Positions 1 to 10,445 are shown, numbered from the stretch's first letter. The stretch is DNA of 64,000 nucleotides from Clostridia bacterium (GCA_900767415.1 CAAFYZ010000031.1:22082-86081), one strand, 5' to 3'. A program made the numbers and translations. Notes: generated by a model not told the origin, from the sequence alone.

Positions 1-3000
1 ATTGCACCGACAGAGGCGAGATAACCGAAACCGGGTTGCTTCACGGTTTTGCTCGTTTTGAAGTCGAAGGAGGCGTTGTACGCAACGGGCGTATTGTCAT
101 TCAGAACGACCGCCTTGACATCGTCGATCGAGATCGTGACGTCTTTGTAAGTGCCGTCGGCATTCGAGAAACCACCGAACGCGGAGAAACGCAGATTCAG
201 TGGCGTGGTTGCCGATGTCGTCTGCATGGCTTCGGTCACGGCAAACTCAAAGGTGAAGGTTTTCCATTCCGCTGTCAGTGCCGCGTTGCCCGAGACACCG
301 GGGAATTTCGTAAAGTTGTAGTCGCCGCCATAAGCGGAAAGCCCGAGGTCGAGCGTGCCGTCGATCGTACTCTTCGCGCGGAAGGTGATCCGTACGGTCT
401 GCCCGACATAGGAGGCGTTTTTCCAGAGGGGATTGAGAAGAGATTCCAGCTGGACATTCTGACCGCTGTTGCCGGCGGTTCCGTTGTTTGCGGGGACGAG
501 TTGCAACTCGCCGTCCTTCCACTGCCAGACTTCACCGTTCTTGCAGGCGTAACCCGTACGATAGATCGACGGCTTTGCCGTAAAGTCATTTTCTCCGATT
601 GCGATATCCGGGGTCTTGTCGACGAGGGAGACGGTGACTTTGCTCGGGACTTCTTCGACACGGAGATCGTCGAGGGTGATGGTGGCATCCTTGTAAGTGC
701 CGTCAGCGTTCTTAAATCCTTCGAAGAAGCGGAGCGCAAGTCCGAGTTTTTGCGAAGACACGGTCTTGTCGGCGTTGTAAAGGGTGAACATGGATTCCGT
801 CGCCGTGAATTCCACGGTAAAGGTCTGTTCGGTCGTCGTCAGGTTAACCGGGACGTTGAAGTCGGGGAAGGGCTTCCATTTATAACCGGTGAAGTCGGCA
901 AGTTTTCCGTTCGCGTCATAAGCGTCGCCGTTGGTTGTCATACTGAGATCGAGTTTGCCTTCCAGCGTTGCGGACGCTTTGAAAGTGATACGATAGGTCT
1001 TGCCGATGTTGGCTTTGTCCGCCCAGATGCTGTCGAACACGCCGAGGAGTTTAACGTTTTGATTGCCGTTTCCTTTTGCCGGCACGGTGGGGTCGGTCGC
1101 CGCGTGATTGTTCGCGTCTGCCCACGAGCAGTGATTGGCAGTGAGAATGGAGAGAGCACCGTTTTGAATCTTAAAAATGTTGTCTCTCCAAGCGTTATCG
1201 GAGATTTTTGGGATAGAATATCCCGCAGTCCCCATGCTCGGTTTTTTCGTCTCGAAGTCGTAGGAGGAGATCTCCTTGATCTCGTTCGACCCGCTGACGA
1301 AGATCAGCGTGACCGAGGACGCACCCGCCGCTTTCATCGCCTTCGCATAGTCAGTAATGTTCAGCGAGAAGACACTTTCGCTTGCGGTGGAGGTAAAGGA
1401 GCCGAGCGGGGCATTCCCGAAGACGGCGGCGAGGTTGACGCCCGCACCGTAGAGGTCGTTCGCCGGGGCATTCGTCGGATTGATGCTCTCACGCGTCCAG
1501 GACTGACCCGATGCCGCGTCCGCGACACCGTAGACGAGAACCTTGCCGGGTCCTTTGGCACGGAAGACGAGACCTGCGGCGGTGTTCGCATAGTTTTCGA
1601 GAGAGAGCTTGACATAGGTCTTGACACTCACGGTGTCAAAGCCGCTCTCGCCGCCGCCGACACTCAGCGTGCCGTTGTCGGGAGTGACGGTGGGCTCTTT
1701 CGACGTGACGTAACTTGCCTCGACCGGCAGGGTATCCGAGGTGTTCTGCGGCAGAACCGACAGGGTCGGCGCACCGGCGAGGGCGACGTCGGTCTTCACT
1801 TCGGTAAAGGTGACGTCATCGACATACAGAGCCGCACTTCTCGAGCGGTTGACGTTGATCTTGCCCGCGGCTTCCGCTTCTTTGGTATTCTTGTAGTTCG
1901 TGTATTTGTCGTTCAGTCCCGCCGTACCCGCATAATTCGTTCCGCGGGAGGCACCGGCGACTGCCATACCGGAGGCGGCGACGGTGACGTAATCGTCGAG
2001 GACGGCGACGCTCTTGTTCTCCGCCGTGATGACGAACAGTGCTTTTCTCAGCGTCTCGGAGATGGCGACGTTTTCTTTCGTAATCGTCATGACGAGAGAA
2101 ACGGTGACCCATTCGTTCGCCTTGGTATAGAAGGAGAGGTCTTCGCCGTTGAAGTCGACGACCTGCAGGGGCGTGTTGATGCCGTCGCCCATGCGGACGG
2201 AGACGAGACGGGAGGTTTCGTCATAGATACGGAAGGAGATGACGAAGCGGCGTCCGATATCCTTCTCCGCGCTCAGCGTGCCGTCGGCACGGATGCCGTA
2301 GTTGACGGATGCGAAGTAGGAGAGGTTCCCGATCGCGTTGTTCGCGAGGTCGTTGTTTAAGTCGATGTACGAAGAAGAACGGACGAAGTAGTCGAGTTTA
2401 TAACTCGTGTTGGCAGAGCCGTCGGCATTCTTCGCTTCGTCCGAGAAGAATGCTCTCGTCGTGTTCGAGCACCAGAAGCCGGAGATGGAGGCGTTCTTGT
2501 CTTTGCCTTCCATATCGTAGCTATTCAGTACCTTTTGGGACGCGCCCGCGGTGCTGAGGCGGAAGACTGCCTTGCCTTTGCAGGATCTCATGTATTCCGT
2601 GACGTCGAAGCCGTAGGTGCCGGCACCCGTCACGAGGACTTCGCCGAGTTTTTCGCCGATGACGGATGCGGAGGGGTCTGCTTCGTTATAGGAGGTGACG
2701 GCGTGGATTTCGATCGTGTTGACCGCGTCGTTCGTCACGGTGAAGCGGAGGATCGTCTTGTGCGCCGCGTTGCGGTCGGCATCGCGGAAGACGACATACT
2801 GCATATTCCCGTCGGTCAGCGTCGAAGAGCCGGAGGAGGACTCCGCCGCCTCGGTCAGACCTGCCGCCGTGCGGAAGAGCATCGTCTTCGTCTCTTTCAG
2901 CGGCTTGCCGTTTTTCGCGAGAATGGTCGAGGGGACTTCGATACGGTAGTAGGTGCCGTCCTTGATATCATAAGGAAGGAATTTCCACTGCTGATCGCCG

Positions 3001-5048
3001 AAGATCGAGGACCATTCGCCCGTCAGCTCTTCGCCGGTCGCGGCGTCGGTGATGCGGATCTTCGAGATCTCGGAGAGATCGACGGGACCCGTGAACTGGA
3101 ATTTGATCGAAGAGGTCTCGGAGATTTCGTAAATGCGGTCGATCGGCACATCGGCGGCAATGCCGATTTCGTTCGCCGTGTCGACGTCGATGATCATACA
3201 TTCGGCGTTTCCGTCTTTCAGCCAGTAGTCACAGTAGCGGAGGAACGCCTCGTAGGTGTCGATTCCGTAATCCTTGTCGGGGCCGTGACCGAGGTCATGC
3301 CCCGCATTCGGGCAGACAAGACCGAGGAAGGGAACGTTCGTATTCCGGCACAGGTTCAGAATCTGACGGTAAAAGGTCCAATAGGAGCAGTCGGGATAAT
3401 TCTTCTGCGTCCCCATGCCGAAGACGGCGCAGTGATCTTCGGTGATCATCTCTGCCTTGCCGCCGCAGTTGGCGTACACGAGGTTCAGTCCCGAGGGGAT
3501 CTCGCTTCCGTCCCCATAGGTGAGGGCGGGCTGCGCTTCGGGCAGGCGGATCCGTGCGTCGGTCGTCGCACCGTTTTGGATAAAGGGATCGGTGTAGCCG
3601 TAGAAGGAGGGGTTGCCCATCGCCTCATAGCGGGTCTCGCCGAGGTGTCCTTCAAAGTGGCGGGCGTTCTCCTGCAGTTCGGGGTGCTTCGCACCGAGGC
3701 GGATGATCAGACCGCCCTTCGAGTTGCCGTAGGCGCCGATGCCGTTTTCTTTGACGGCGACCTTCAGCGTCTTGCCTTCCGCATCGGAGATACCGTCGAC
3801 GCCCATCTTACGGACGGTACGGATCAGGGCGGTGTCCGATTCGATACCGCAGTACATACCGAGCGAATAGGTCAGGGCGTCGCCCGAGACCACGTTCGGC
3901 ATTCCGCTGCCGTGGCTGTAATGGTCGTCGCGGTACATCGGGACGAGCGCGTAGTCGGCGACGATACCGATATAGCCGTTGAAGAGACAACCGGTCAGTT
4001 CGGGACGCGACTCGGAGGACCAGGTGGAGGCACGGGTGTAGGAAGAGGACATACACATCATGACGGGCAGCTCTTTCGTGTTGCCGGTCGGATAGATCAC
4101 GTCCATGCAAAGATCGAGGTCGATGAAGGAGCCGTCGGGCTTTCTGCAGTCGGTGACGGAGTCGACCTTCGTATTGCCGATGTAGGTGTAGGGATATGCC
4201 TTCTGCTGTTCGGCGGTGAGTTTGGCAAGTTCCGTCTGGGAGATGGAGCGGGTCTTGCTTTCGTCGGAGAACCAGACGGCATAGTCGGTGATCCCCGACT
4301 TGTCGTTGACGCTCTGTTTTTTCACCGCGTCGGTTTTGTCGAGGCGGGGCGTCCCGTCGTCGTTTACCCACTTGACGAGAGAGGCGCGGAAGATCGACTT
4401 GAACTCGTTGTTCCATACGGCGACGATCTCTTCGAGAAGTCCGGCGGTGCCGTGCTTGTCGTAAGAGAAGTAGGGGATATTGTAGGCGATGTCATAGCCG
4501 GCGGGGAGAACATAGCTGATCCCGGTCGAGAGGGTGGCACCCGTCAGTTTCCCGTCCGAATAGGTGCCGGCGGTGTAGGTCTTCGTACCGGCATAATTCT
4601 TGCCACCGAGGAGCTGGGCGCGGATGTCCTGCGTGCTCCAGTCGAGGGCGGTGCCGCACGCCTCTTTCGCGTTCTTGTAGTCAAGGACGAGGACGAAGAA
4701 GCCGCGGTCGAGCAGAGACTTCACGATCTCGGCGTCGGACGACTGACCGATCCGCTCGGTGTTCGTGTTCATGACATAGAGAACCGTGACGGAGCCGGGC
4801 TTCCCGACTTTGCTGACGGTATACTCTTTTGTACTGTCGTAGTAGGTATGTACGTTCAGCGAGAGTCCGACGTTGTTGTCGACGGTTGCGGTCGAAGCGT
4901 GCCGATAACTTTCGAGAGAGGCAAGCTCCGTCGGGGCTTCCGGTGTCTGTGCCGCCGAGACGAAGAGTGCGGCGGGCAACGCAAGGAACAGCATTGCCGA
5001 GCACAGAAGCAGGGAGAGGATGCGAGAGAATCGTTTCCTTGTTTTCAT
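1..5048 (-). CDS. Secreted multidomain alpha/beta-hydrolase-like protein (putative carbohydrate esterase) with repeated beta-sandwich/CBM-like modules; C-terminus runs off the left edge
   Basis: Absent from the ORF track because no stop lies inside the window. Reverse-strand ATG at 5048-5046 with AAGGAG at 5060-5055. None of the listed minus ORFs in 1-5048 shares this frame, consistent with one frame open to base 1. My translation gives MKTRKRFSRILSLLLCSAMLFLALPAALFVSAAQ (signal peptide), GAYGNSKGG (G-x-S-x-G nucleophile elbow) and NAGHDLGH, then two ~110-aa modules each ending NADGTYKD(A/V)TI..DD. Confidence 0.75.
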   Translation of the reverse strand, partial: MKTRKRFSRILSLLLCSAMLFLALPAALFVSAAQTPEAPTELASLESYRHASTATVDNNVGLSLNVHTYYDSTKEYTVSKVGKPGSVTVLYVMNTNTERIGQSSDAEIVKSLLDRGFFVLVLDYKNAKEACGTALDWSTQDIRAQLLGGKNYAGTKTYTAGTYSDGKLTGATLSTGISYVLPAGYDIAYNIPYFSYDKHGTAGLLEEIVAVWNNEFKSIFRASLVKWVNDDGTPRLDKTDAVKKQSVNDKSGITDYAVWFSDESKTRSISQTELAKLTAEQQKAYPYTYIGNTKVDSVTDCRKPDGSFIDLDLCMDVIYPTGNTKELPVMMCMSSSYTRASTWSSESRPELTGCLFNGYIGIVADYALVPMYRDDHYSHGSGMPNVVSGDALTYSLGMYCGIESDTALIRTVRKMGVDGISDAEGKTLKVAVKENGIGAYGNSKGGLIIRLGAKHPELQENARHFEGHLGETRYEAMGNPSFYGYTDPFIQNGATTDARIRLPEAQPALTYGDGSEIPSGLNLVYANCGGKAEMITEDHCAVFGMGTQKNYPDCSYWTFYRQILNLCRNTNVPFLGLVCPNAGHDLGHGPDKDYGIDTYEAFLRYCDYWLKDGNAECMIIDVDTANEIGIAADVPIDRIYEISETSSIKFQFTGPVDLSEISKIRITDAATGEELTGEWSSIFGDQQWKFLPYDIKDGTYYRIEVPSTILAKNGKPLKETKTMLFRTAAGLTEAAESSSGSSTLTDGNMQYVVFRDADRNAAHKTILRFTVTNDAVNTIEIHAVTSYNEADPSASVIGEKLGEVLVTGAGTYGFDVTEYMRSCKGKAVFRLSTAGASQKVLNSYDMEGKDKNASISGFWCSNTTRAFFSDEAKNADGSANTSYKLDYFVRSSSYIDLNNDLANNAIGNLSYFASVNYGIRADGTLSAEKDIGRRFVISFRIYDETSRLVSVRMGDGINTPLQVVDFNGEDLSFYTKANEWVTVSLVMTITKENVAISETLRKALFVITAENKSVAVLDDYVTVAASGMAVAGASRGTNYAGTAGLNDKYTNYKNTKEAEAAGKINVNRSRSAALYVDDVTFTEVKTDVALAGAPTLSVLPQNTSDTLPVEASYVTSKEPTVTPDNGTLSVGGGESGFDTVSVKTYVKLSLENYANTAAGLVFRAKGPGKVLVYGVADAASGQSWTRESINPTNAPANDLYGAGVNLAAVFGNAPLGSFTSTASESVFSLNITDYAKAMKAAGASSVTLIFVSGSNEIKEISSYDFETKKPSMGTAGYSIPKISDNAWRDNIFKIQNGALSILTANHCSWADANNHAATDPTVPAKGNGNQNVKLLGVFDSIWADKANIGKTYRITFKASATLEGKLDLSMTTNGDAYDANGKLADFTGYKWKPFPDFNVPVNLTTTEQTFTVEFTATESMFTLYNADKTVSSQKLGLALRFFEGFKNADGTYKDATITLDDLRVEEVPSKVTVSLVDKTPDIAIGENDFTAKPSIYRTGYACKNGEVWQWKDGELQLVPANNGTAGNSGQNVQLESLLNPLWKNASYVGQTVRITFRAKSTIDGTLDLGLSAYGGDYNFTKFPGVSGNAALTAEWKTFTFEFAVTEAMQTTSATTPLNLRFSAFGGFSNADGTYKDVTISIDDVKAVVLNDNTPVAYNASFDFKTSKTVKQPGFGYLASVGA

Positions 5049-5300
5049 GGGTTTCTCCTTAAAATAGTATTGGGGGTTCGGATAATGCGTGACGAAGAAT
5101 TGCGGGACTCCCCGCCCGCCCGCCTCTTTCTCCCGAAGAGGTGCGGCGTGAGACGGAGGATCCGCACGGAGAAGACAAAACGGCGGTGCCTTGAAAAAAG
5201 TTTTGCTTTTCTTCATTATATCAAAAGGAGAAAGAAAATAAAAAGTATAAAAATTCCATGTTTATTGTAAAATCGTTCCAACCTTGCCGAAAAGAAAAAT

Positions 5301-5337
5301 CCCGCCCTCCGACAGGCGTCGCCTGTCGGAGGGCGGG
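5301..5337 (-). terminator. Rho-independent terminator after the ABC transporter gene
   Basis: Perfect long inverted repeat CCCGCCCTCCGACAGGCG / CGCCTGTCGGAGGGCGGG, followed on the minus strand by ATTTTTCTTTT. Confidence 0.85.
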
Positions 5338-5359
5338 GGAGAACGATAAAAACTCGGAA

Positions 5360-8116
5360 TCATTCGGTTCTCAGCGCGACGACGGGATCCTTGCGCGCGG
5401 CGGAGGAGGCGGGGATCAGTCCCGAGATCAGCGTCAGGAGAATGCTGAGCAGCACGAGCAGTCCCGCCTGCCCGATCGGCAGAGCGGCGATGTTCGGGAT
5501 TCCGATCAGCGGGTAGAGGATCAGATTGACGACGGCGGAGACAAGATAGGTCACGAGAATGCCGAACAGTCCCGCGAGCGTACCGATGATAAAGGTCTCC
5601 GCGTTGAAGAGGTGGCTGACGTCCTTCTTCCGTCCGCCGAGGGAGCGGATGACGCCGATCTCCTTGATCCGTTCCACCACCGAGACATAGGTGATGATAC
5701 CGATCATGACCGTCGAGACGACGAGGGAGATGGAGGTGAAGGCGATCAGCGCGTAGGAGATGATGTCGATCATCGTGTTGATGATGTTGATGACGAGGGA
5801 GAGCGTGTCGGTGTAGGTGACGTTCGCACGGTCGTCTTTTGACAGCGTCGCACCGTTTACCGTGAGGTCGCCGGCATTGTTCCATGCGTCGAGATAGCCC
5901 GTGACGAGATCCTTCGATTCGAAGGAGACGGGATAGATCGAAATATCGTTGGCAAGCGAGACGCCGCCGAGACCCCGGAGGGAGAGATAGCGGAGATCGG
6001 AGAGTCCGCTCGCCCCGCCTGTCCCGCCCCCTCCGGGCGATGTCGAAGAGCCGGGGGTCATACTGCCGAAGGCGGACATCATGTTCTGCATGGAGAGGGA
6101 AGAGCCGACGTATCCCGTCGCCGTCTTCGTCTCACCGTTCCAGAGATATTCGTAGGTATAGGTGATACCGAAGGGGACGCCGTTCATCGAGCCGCTGGGA
6201 ATCGAGTCTTTTCCCGAGTCGCGCAGGGAGGTGACGATCTTGCTGTCCGCGTTTTCTTCGAGGATCGTGTCGGTCAGTGCCTTGGTATAATAGATGCCCG
6301 AGGAGAGAGAGCCGTAGGAGACGTTCTCCTTGCGGGTCAGGATCCCGACGACCTTCAGCGTCTTGCCCTGCCCTTCGTACCCCGTCGCGTCGTGACGGTA
6401 GGTAAAGCTACCCGGGAGGACGCCCTCACCGAAGATATCGTCGTTCGGATACCATGTGAAGGTCTTGCCGAGCAATTCGTCATAGGTAAAATACGAGCGG
6501 TAAAGTGCCTCGTCGTACGTGCCGTCGCCCGTCGCCTTGTTGATAATCTCAAGGAATTCGTCCTGGGCAAAGTAGCCGATTCTCGCGAGCAGAAGATCGG
6601 AGAGACGGTCGTTCTTGTCGAGGACGAGCATCACCTCGCCCGCCCCTTCCGCGATGTGTCCCGCGCGGATATCGTATTGCGACGCGATGTATTCTTCGTT
6701 GTCCGGCATCTGTTCAAAGGCGGGGACGATCGTGGTCGCGTAGGTCGCATATTTGGCAAAATCCGTCTCGGAAATAATCGACATGTAAATATTTGTTAGC
6801 GCAGAGACGGAAATCTTCTTGGTTTCGCCGCCTTTTCGTGCCGAAAACTCGGTATAGATATTGTTCGTTACATCGATACCGTAGTCGAGGAGCATGGCGG
6901 AATAATATTCTTTCGGCATTGCCTTGACATAGTTGACGTATGCCTCGGTAAGATCGTTTTCGATGACCATCGAGTCTATATTTTTCCCCGTCTTCGCAAG
7001 ATAGGCGACCAGAGAATTGATATAGACGCGGTTCGGGTGCTTGATGATCTCTTCCTTGTCCGAGCGATCCATCATGGAGGTCAGGGCGTTCAGGTCGTAG
7101 GTCTTCTCGGTGACGGTGATCGGGTTGCCCGAGAGCATATCGTCCTGCATGGAGGCGACGTACCCCTTGATTCCGGCGGAGAAGGCAAGCACCATCGCGA
7201 TACCGATGATACCGATCGACCCGGCGATCCCTACCATCGCGGTGCGTCCCCGCTTCGAGAAGAGGTTGCGCGCCGAGAGGCGGAAGGCGGTGAAAAAGGA
7301 CATTCTTGCCTTTTCCTTCGGCTTCTTTGTGCCCTCTTTTCCGAGGTCGGTCGGGGCGGCGTCTCTTTCTTTTTTCTCTTCTTCGCGCATTTCCGCTTCC
7401 TCTTCCGCGAAGGAGAAGGGGCGCGTGTCTTCGGTCACCCGACCGTCGAGCAGGCGGATGATACGGGTCGAATACCGGGCGGCAAGCTCGGGGTTGTGCG
7501 TTACCATAATGACGAGACGCTCTCCCGCGATCTCGCGGATCAGATCCATGATCTGTACGCTGGTCACGGTGTCGAGAGCACCCGTCGGCTCGTCCGCGAG
7601 CAGGATCTCCGGGTCGTTGACGAGGGCGCGCGCGATGGCGACTCTCTGGCACTGCCCGCCCGAGAGCTGATTCGGACGCTGATTGTATTTTCCTTTCAGA
7701 CCGACGCGGTCGAGCACCGCTTTTGCCCGTCTTGTGCGCTCTTCCTTGCCGATTCCGGCGATCGTCAGGGCAAGTTCTACATTGCCGAGGACCGTCTGAT
7801 GCGGAATGAGGTTATAACTCTGGAAGATAAAGCCGACTCTGTGGTTGCGATATACGTCCCAGTCGCGGTCCTTGAAGGCGTGCGTGCTTTTGCCGGCGAT
7901 CACGAGATCTCCCGAAGTATAATGATCAAGACCGCCGATGATATTGAGCAGGGTCGTCTTGCCGCACCCGGAGGGGCCGAGGATCGAGACGAATTCCCGC
8001 TTGCGGAAGGCGAGATCGATGCCGCGCAGGGCATGGACGGTCTCGGATGCCGTGGGATAATCCTTTGTGATATTCTTTAACTGCAACATATCGGAATCCT
8101 TTCTTTTTTCTGTCAT
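5360..8116 (-). CDS. Fused ABC transporter ATPase + FtsX-type permease (MacB-like)
   Basis: Walker A GPSGCGKTTLLN, signature LSGGQCQRVAIARAL and Walker B ILLADEPTGALD. A K/E-rich linker follows, then a large extracytoplasmic domain and C-terminal FtsX-like TM helices. The alternative start MLQLKNI at 8089 has the better AAAGGA spacing. Confidence 0.9.
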   Translation of the reverse strand: MTEKRKDSDMLQLKNITKDYPTASETVHALRGIDLAFRKREFVSILGPSGCGKTTLLNIIGGLDHYTSGDLVIAGKSTHAFKDRDWDVYRNHRVGFIFQSYNLIPHQTVLGNVELALTIAGIGKEERTRRAKAVLDRVGLKGKYNQRPNQLSGGQCQRVAIARALVNDPEILLADEPTGALDTVTSVQIMDLIREIAGERLVIMVTHNPELAARYSTRIIRLLDGRVTEDTRPFSFAEEEAEMREEEKKERDAAPTDLGKEGTKKPKEKARMSFFTAFRLSARNLFSKRGRTAMVGIAGSIGIIGIAMVLAFSAGIKGYVASMQDDMLSGNPITVTEKTYDLNALTSMMDRSDKEEIIKHPNRVYINSLVAYLAKTGKNIDSMVIENDLTEAYVNYVKAMPKEYYSAMLLDYGIDVTNNIYTEFSARKGGETKKISVSALTNIYMSIISETDFAKYATYATTIVPAFEQMPDNEEYIASQYDIRAGHIAEGAGEVMLVLDKNDRLSDLLLARIGYFAQDEFLEIINKATGDGTYDEALYRSYFTYDELLGKTFTWYPNDDIFGEGVLPGSFTYRHDATGYEGQGKTLKVVGILTRKENVSYGSLSSGIYYTKALTDTILEENADSKIVTSLRDSGKDSIPSGSMNGVPFGITYTYEYLWNGETKTATGYVGSSLSMQNMMSAFGSMTPGSSTSPGGGGTGGASGLSDLRYLSLRGLGGVSLANDISIYPVSFESKDLVTGYLDAWNNAGDLTVNGATLSKDDRANVTYTDTLSLVINIINTMIDIISYALIAFTSISLVVSTVMIGIITYVSVVERIKEIGVIRSLGGRKKDVSHLFNAETFIIGTLAGLFGILVTYLVSAVVNLILYPLIGIPNIAALPIGQAGLLVLLSILLTLISGLIPASSAARKDPVVALRTE

Positions 8117-8255
8117 GGTTCGGTTTCTATTATAGCTTTTTTCCCACTTACAAATATGTAGGATTCTAAAAGGAAAATAAAATTTTCTGAAAATTTTAAG
8201 AGTTTTAAGAAAAAGAAAGGTCGCCGCAACGCGACGACCTTGTGATACGGAAAAA

Positions 8256-10445
8256 TCAGGGGCGTTTGTCTTTTTTGTCTTTTCCGCCCGTGCGGTCGCC
8301 GTGGCACGCGCAACCGTCCTCTTTCCCGCACGACGCGCAGGAAGAACAGCCCGAGTGACAGCACCCGCGCCCCGAACGGTGAAGGATCACCGCGGCGATG
8401 ACCACCCACGCGAGCACGGCGAGCAGGAGCAGAAGATCCGCCACCGAAAAGACGGAGAACAGAGAAGCGATCCGATAGACGAGAAAGGACACGACCCATG
8501 CGATCGCACACTGACCGACGACGACGCCGAGAGCCGCGCGGCGGGTGCCGAGTTCGTTCTTTACGGCGGCGATCGCGGCGATGCAGGGGGTATAAATCAG
8601 AGTAAAGACGAGGAAGGAGACGGCGGACTCCGTCGTGAAGAGCGCGGCGACGCTGCCCGTGGTGAGCATACCGAGCGTGGAGACGACGGCTTCTTTCGCG
8701 GAGAATCCCGCGATCAGCGCGGTAACCGTCTCCCATCTGCCGAAGCCGAGGGGACGGAAGATCACGGCGAGCGCGCCGCCAATCTTCGCGAGAATGGAAT
8801 TTTCCGCGCTCTCTCCCACGGGATACAGCCCGAGGTCAAAGCTTGAGAGAAACCAGATGATCACCGAGGCGAGCAGAATGACGGTAAACGCCTTTTGCAG
8901 AAAGTCCTTCGCTTTTTCCCACATCAGAAGGAAGACGCTCTTCGCCGAGGGGAAGCGGTAGTTCGGCAGTTCCATGACGAAGGGGACGGGGTCTCCGCGG
9001 AAGAGGGTGCGTTTCAGTACCAGAGCCGAGAGAATCCCGACCAGCACGCCGAGCAGGTACAGTCCCGCCATGACGGCGACTTTCAGAAGGGGATTTTCAA
9101 AGAGGAAATTGACGAAGAAGAGGTAGATCGTCATCTTCGCCGAGCAGGACATAAAGGGCGTCAGAAGGACGGTCATGCGTCGGTCGCGCTCCGAAGAGAG
9201 CGTGCGCGTCGCCATGACGGCGGGCACCGTACAGCCGAAGCCGATCAGCATCGGGACAAAACTTCTGCCCGACAGTCCGATTTTTCGTAACGGCTTATCC
9301 ATCACGAAGGCGATGCGTGCCATATATCCCGTATCTTCGAGGATCGAGAGAAAGAAGAAGAGGACCACGATGTAGGGGACGAAGGAGACGACGCTTCCCA
9401 CCCCGCCGAAGATCCCGTCGACGATCAGACTGCGGATTACGGGGTTGACGTACGCATCGGCGAGTTTTGCGTCGACCGCTTCTCCGAGGGCACCGATCCC
9501 GAGTTCGAGAAGGTTGGAGAAGAAGTCGCCGAAGACGGCGAAGGTCAGGGTGAATACGGTCAGCATGATGAGAAGGAAGACGGGGATCGCGAATACCTTG
9601 TGCGTCAGCACGCTGTCGATTTTCAGACTGCGGCGCCGCTCGCGGCTCTCGCGGCATCGGACGACGGTCGCCGCGCAGACCCGCTCGATAAAGTCGTAGC
9701 GCATGGTCGCGAGGGCTTCGTGACGGTCGAGCCCTTCTTCCCGCTCCATTTCGATGACCGAGTGCTCGATCATCTCTTTTTCGTTTTCGTCGAGGGAGAG
9801 ACGCGCAACGATGTCGCGGTCTTCTTCGATCACCTTCGTCGCGGCAAAGCGTGCGGGCATTCCCGCCCGCGCCGCATGGTCTTCGATCAGGTGCGCCACC
9901 GCGTGGATACAGCGGTGGACGGGGCCCGAGGGACAGAAGTCGATGCGCTTCGGCTTCGTTCCGCTTTTGACGGCGGCGACTGCGCGTTCGATCAGCTCGT
10001 CCACGCCTTCGTTCTTCGCCGCGCTGATCGGCACGACGGGGATGCCGAGTTCTTCGGAGAGTTTTTCGATCTCGACGGTGCCGCCGTTCTCCCGCACCTC
10101 GTCCATCATGTTGAGAGCGAGGACGGTCGGCAGTCCGATCTCCAGAAGCTGGAGGGTCAGATAGAGATTCCTCTCCATGTTCGTCGCATCGACGATGTTG
10201 ATGATCCCGTCGGGGTGTCCCTTCAGGAGAAAGTCGCGCGTGACGATCTCTTCGTTCGTATACGGGCGCAGGGAATAGATCCCGGGCAGGTCGACGACCG
10301 AGGCGTCCGCGTGTCCGCGCACCGCACCGCTCTTTTCGTCTACGGTAACGCCGGGGAAGTTGCCGACGTGGCGGTTCGCCCCCGTCAGACGGTTGAAGAG
10401 CGTGGTCTTGCCGCAGTTCTGATTTCCGATCAGGGCAAAGATCAT
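8256..10445 (-). CDS. feoB: Ferrous iron transporter FeoB with fused C-terminal TM helix and Cys-rich tail
   Basis: G-domain MIFALIGNQNCGKTTLFNRLTG...DLPGIYSL followed by a polytopic membrane domain. The tail is ...LHRSGRGCCHSGCSSCASCGKEDGCACHG. There is a 4-nt overlap with feoA. Confidence 0.95.
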   Translation of the reverse strand: MIFALIGNQNCGKTTLFNRLTGANRHVGNFPGVTVDEKSGAVRGHADASVVDLPGIYSLRPYTNEEIVTRDFLLKGHPDGIINIVDATNMERNLYLTLQLLEIGLPTVLALNMMDEVRENGGTVEIEKLSEELGIPVVPISAAKNEGVDELIERAVAAVKSGTKPKRIDFCPSGPVHRCIHAVAHLIEDHAARAGMPARFAATKVIEEDRDIVARLSLDENEKEMIEHSVIEMEREEGLDRHEALATMRYDFIERVCAATVVRCRESRERRRSLKIDSVLTHKVFAIPVFLLIMLTVFTLTFAVFGDFFSNLLELGIGALGEAVDAKLADAYVNPVIRSLIVDGIFGGVGSVVSFVPYIVVLFFFLSILEDTGYMARIAFVMDKPLRKIGLSGRSFVPMLIGFGCTVPAVMATRTLSSERDRRMTVLLTPFMSCSAKMTIYLFFVNFLFENPLLKVAVMAGLYLLGVLVGILSALVLKRTLFRGDPVPFVMELPNYRFPSAKSVFLLMWEKAKDFLQKAFTVILLASVIIWFLSSFDLGLYPVGESAENSILAKIGGALAVIFRPLGFGRWETVTALIAGFSAKEAVVSTLGMLTTGSVAALFTTESAVSFLVFTLIYTPCIAAIAAVKNELGTRRAALGVVVGQCAIAWVVSFLVYRIASLFSVFSVADLLLLLAVLAWVVIAAVILHRSGRGCCHSGCSSCASCGKEDGCACHGDRTGGKDKKDKRP

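Noticed and set aside
36-5270. Plus-strand ORFs 36-2360 (774 aa) and 2535-5270 (911 aa).
   Set aside because: They are in-phase antisense shadows of the reverse-strand esterase-like gene (5046 - 36 = 5010 = 3 x 1670). They have the same Arg/Gly-rich composition. The opposite strand has an RBS, a signal peptide and catalytic motifs.
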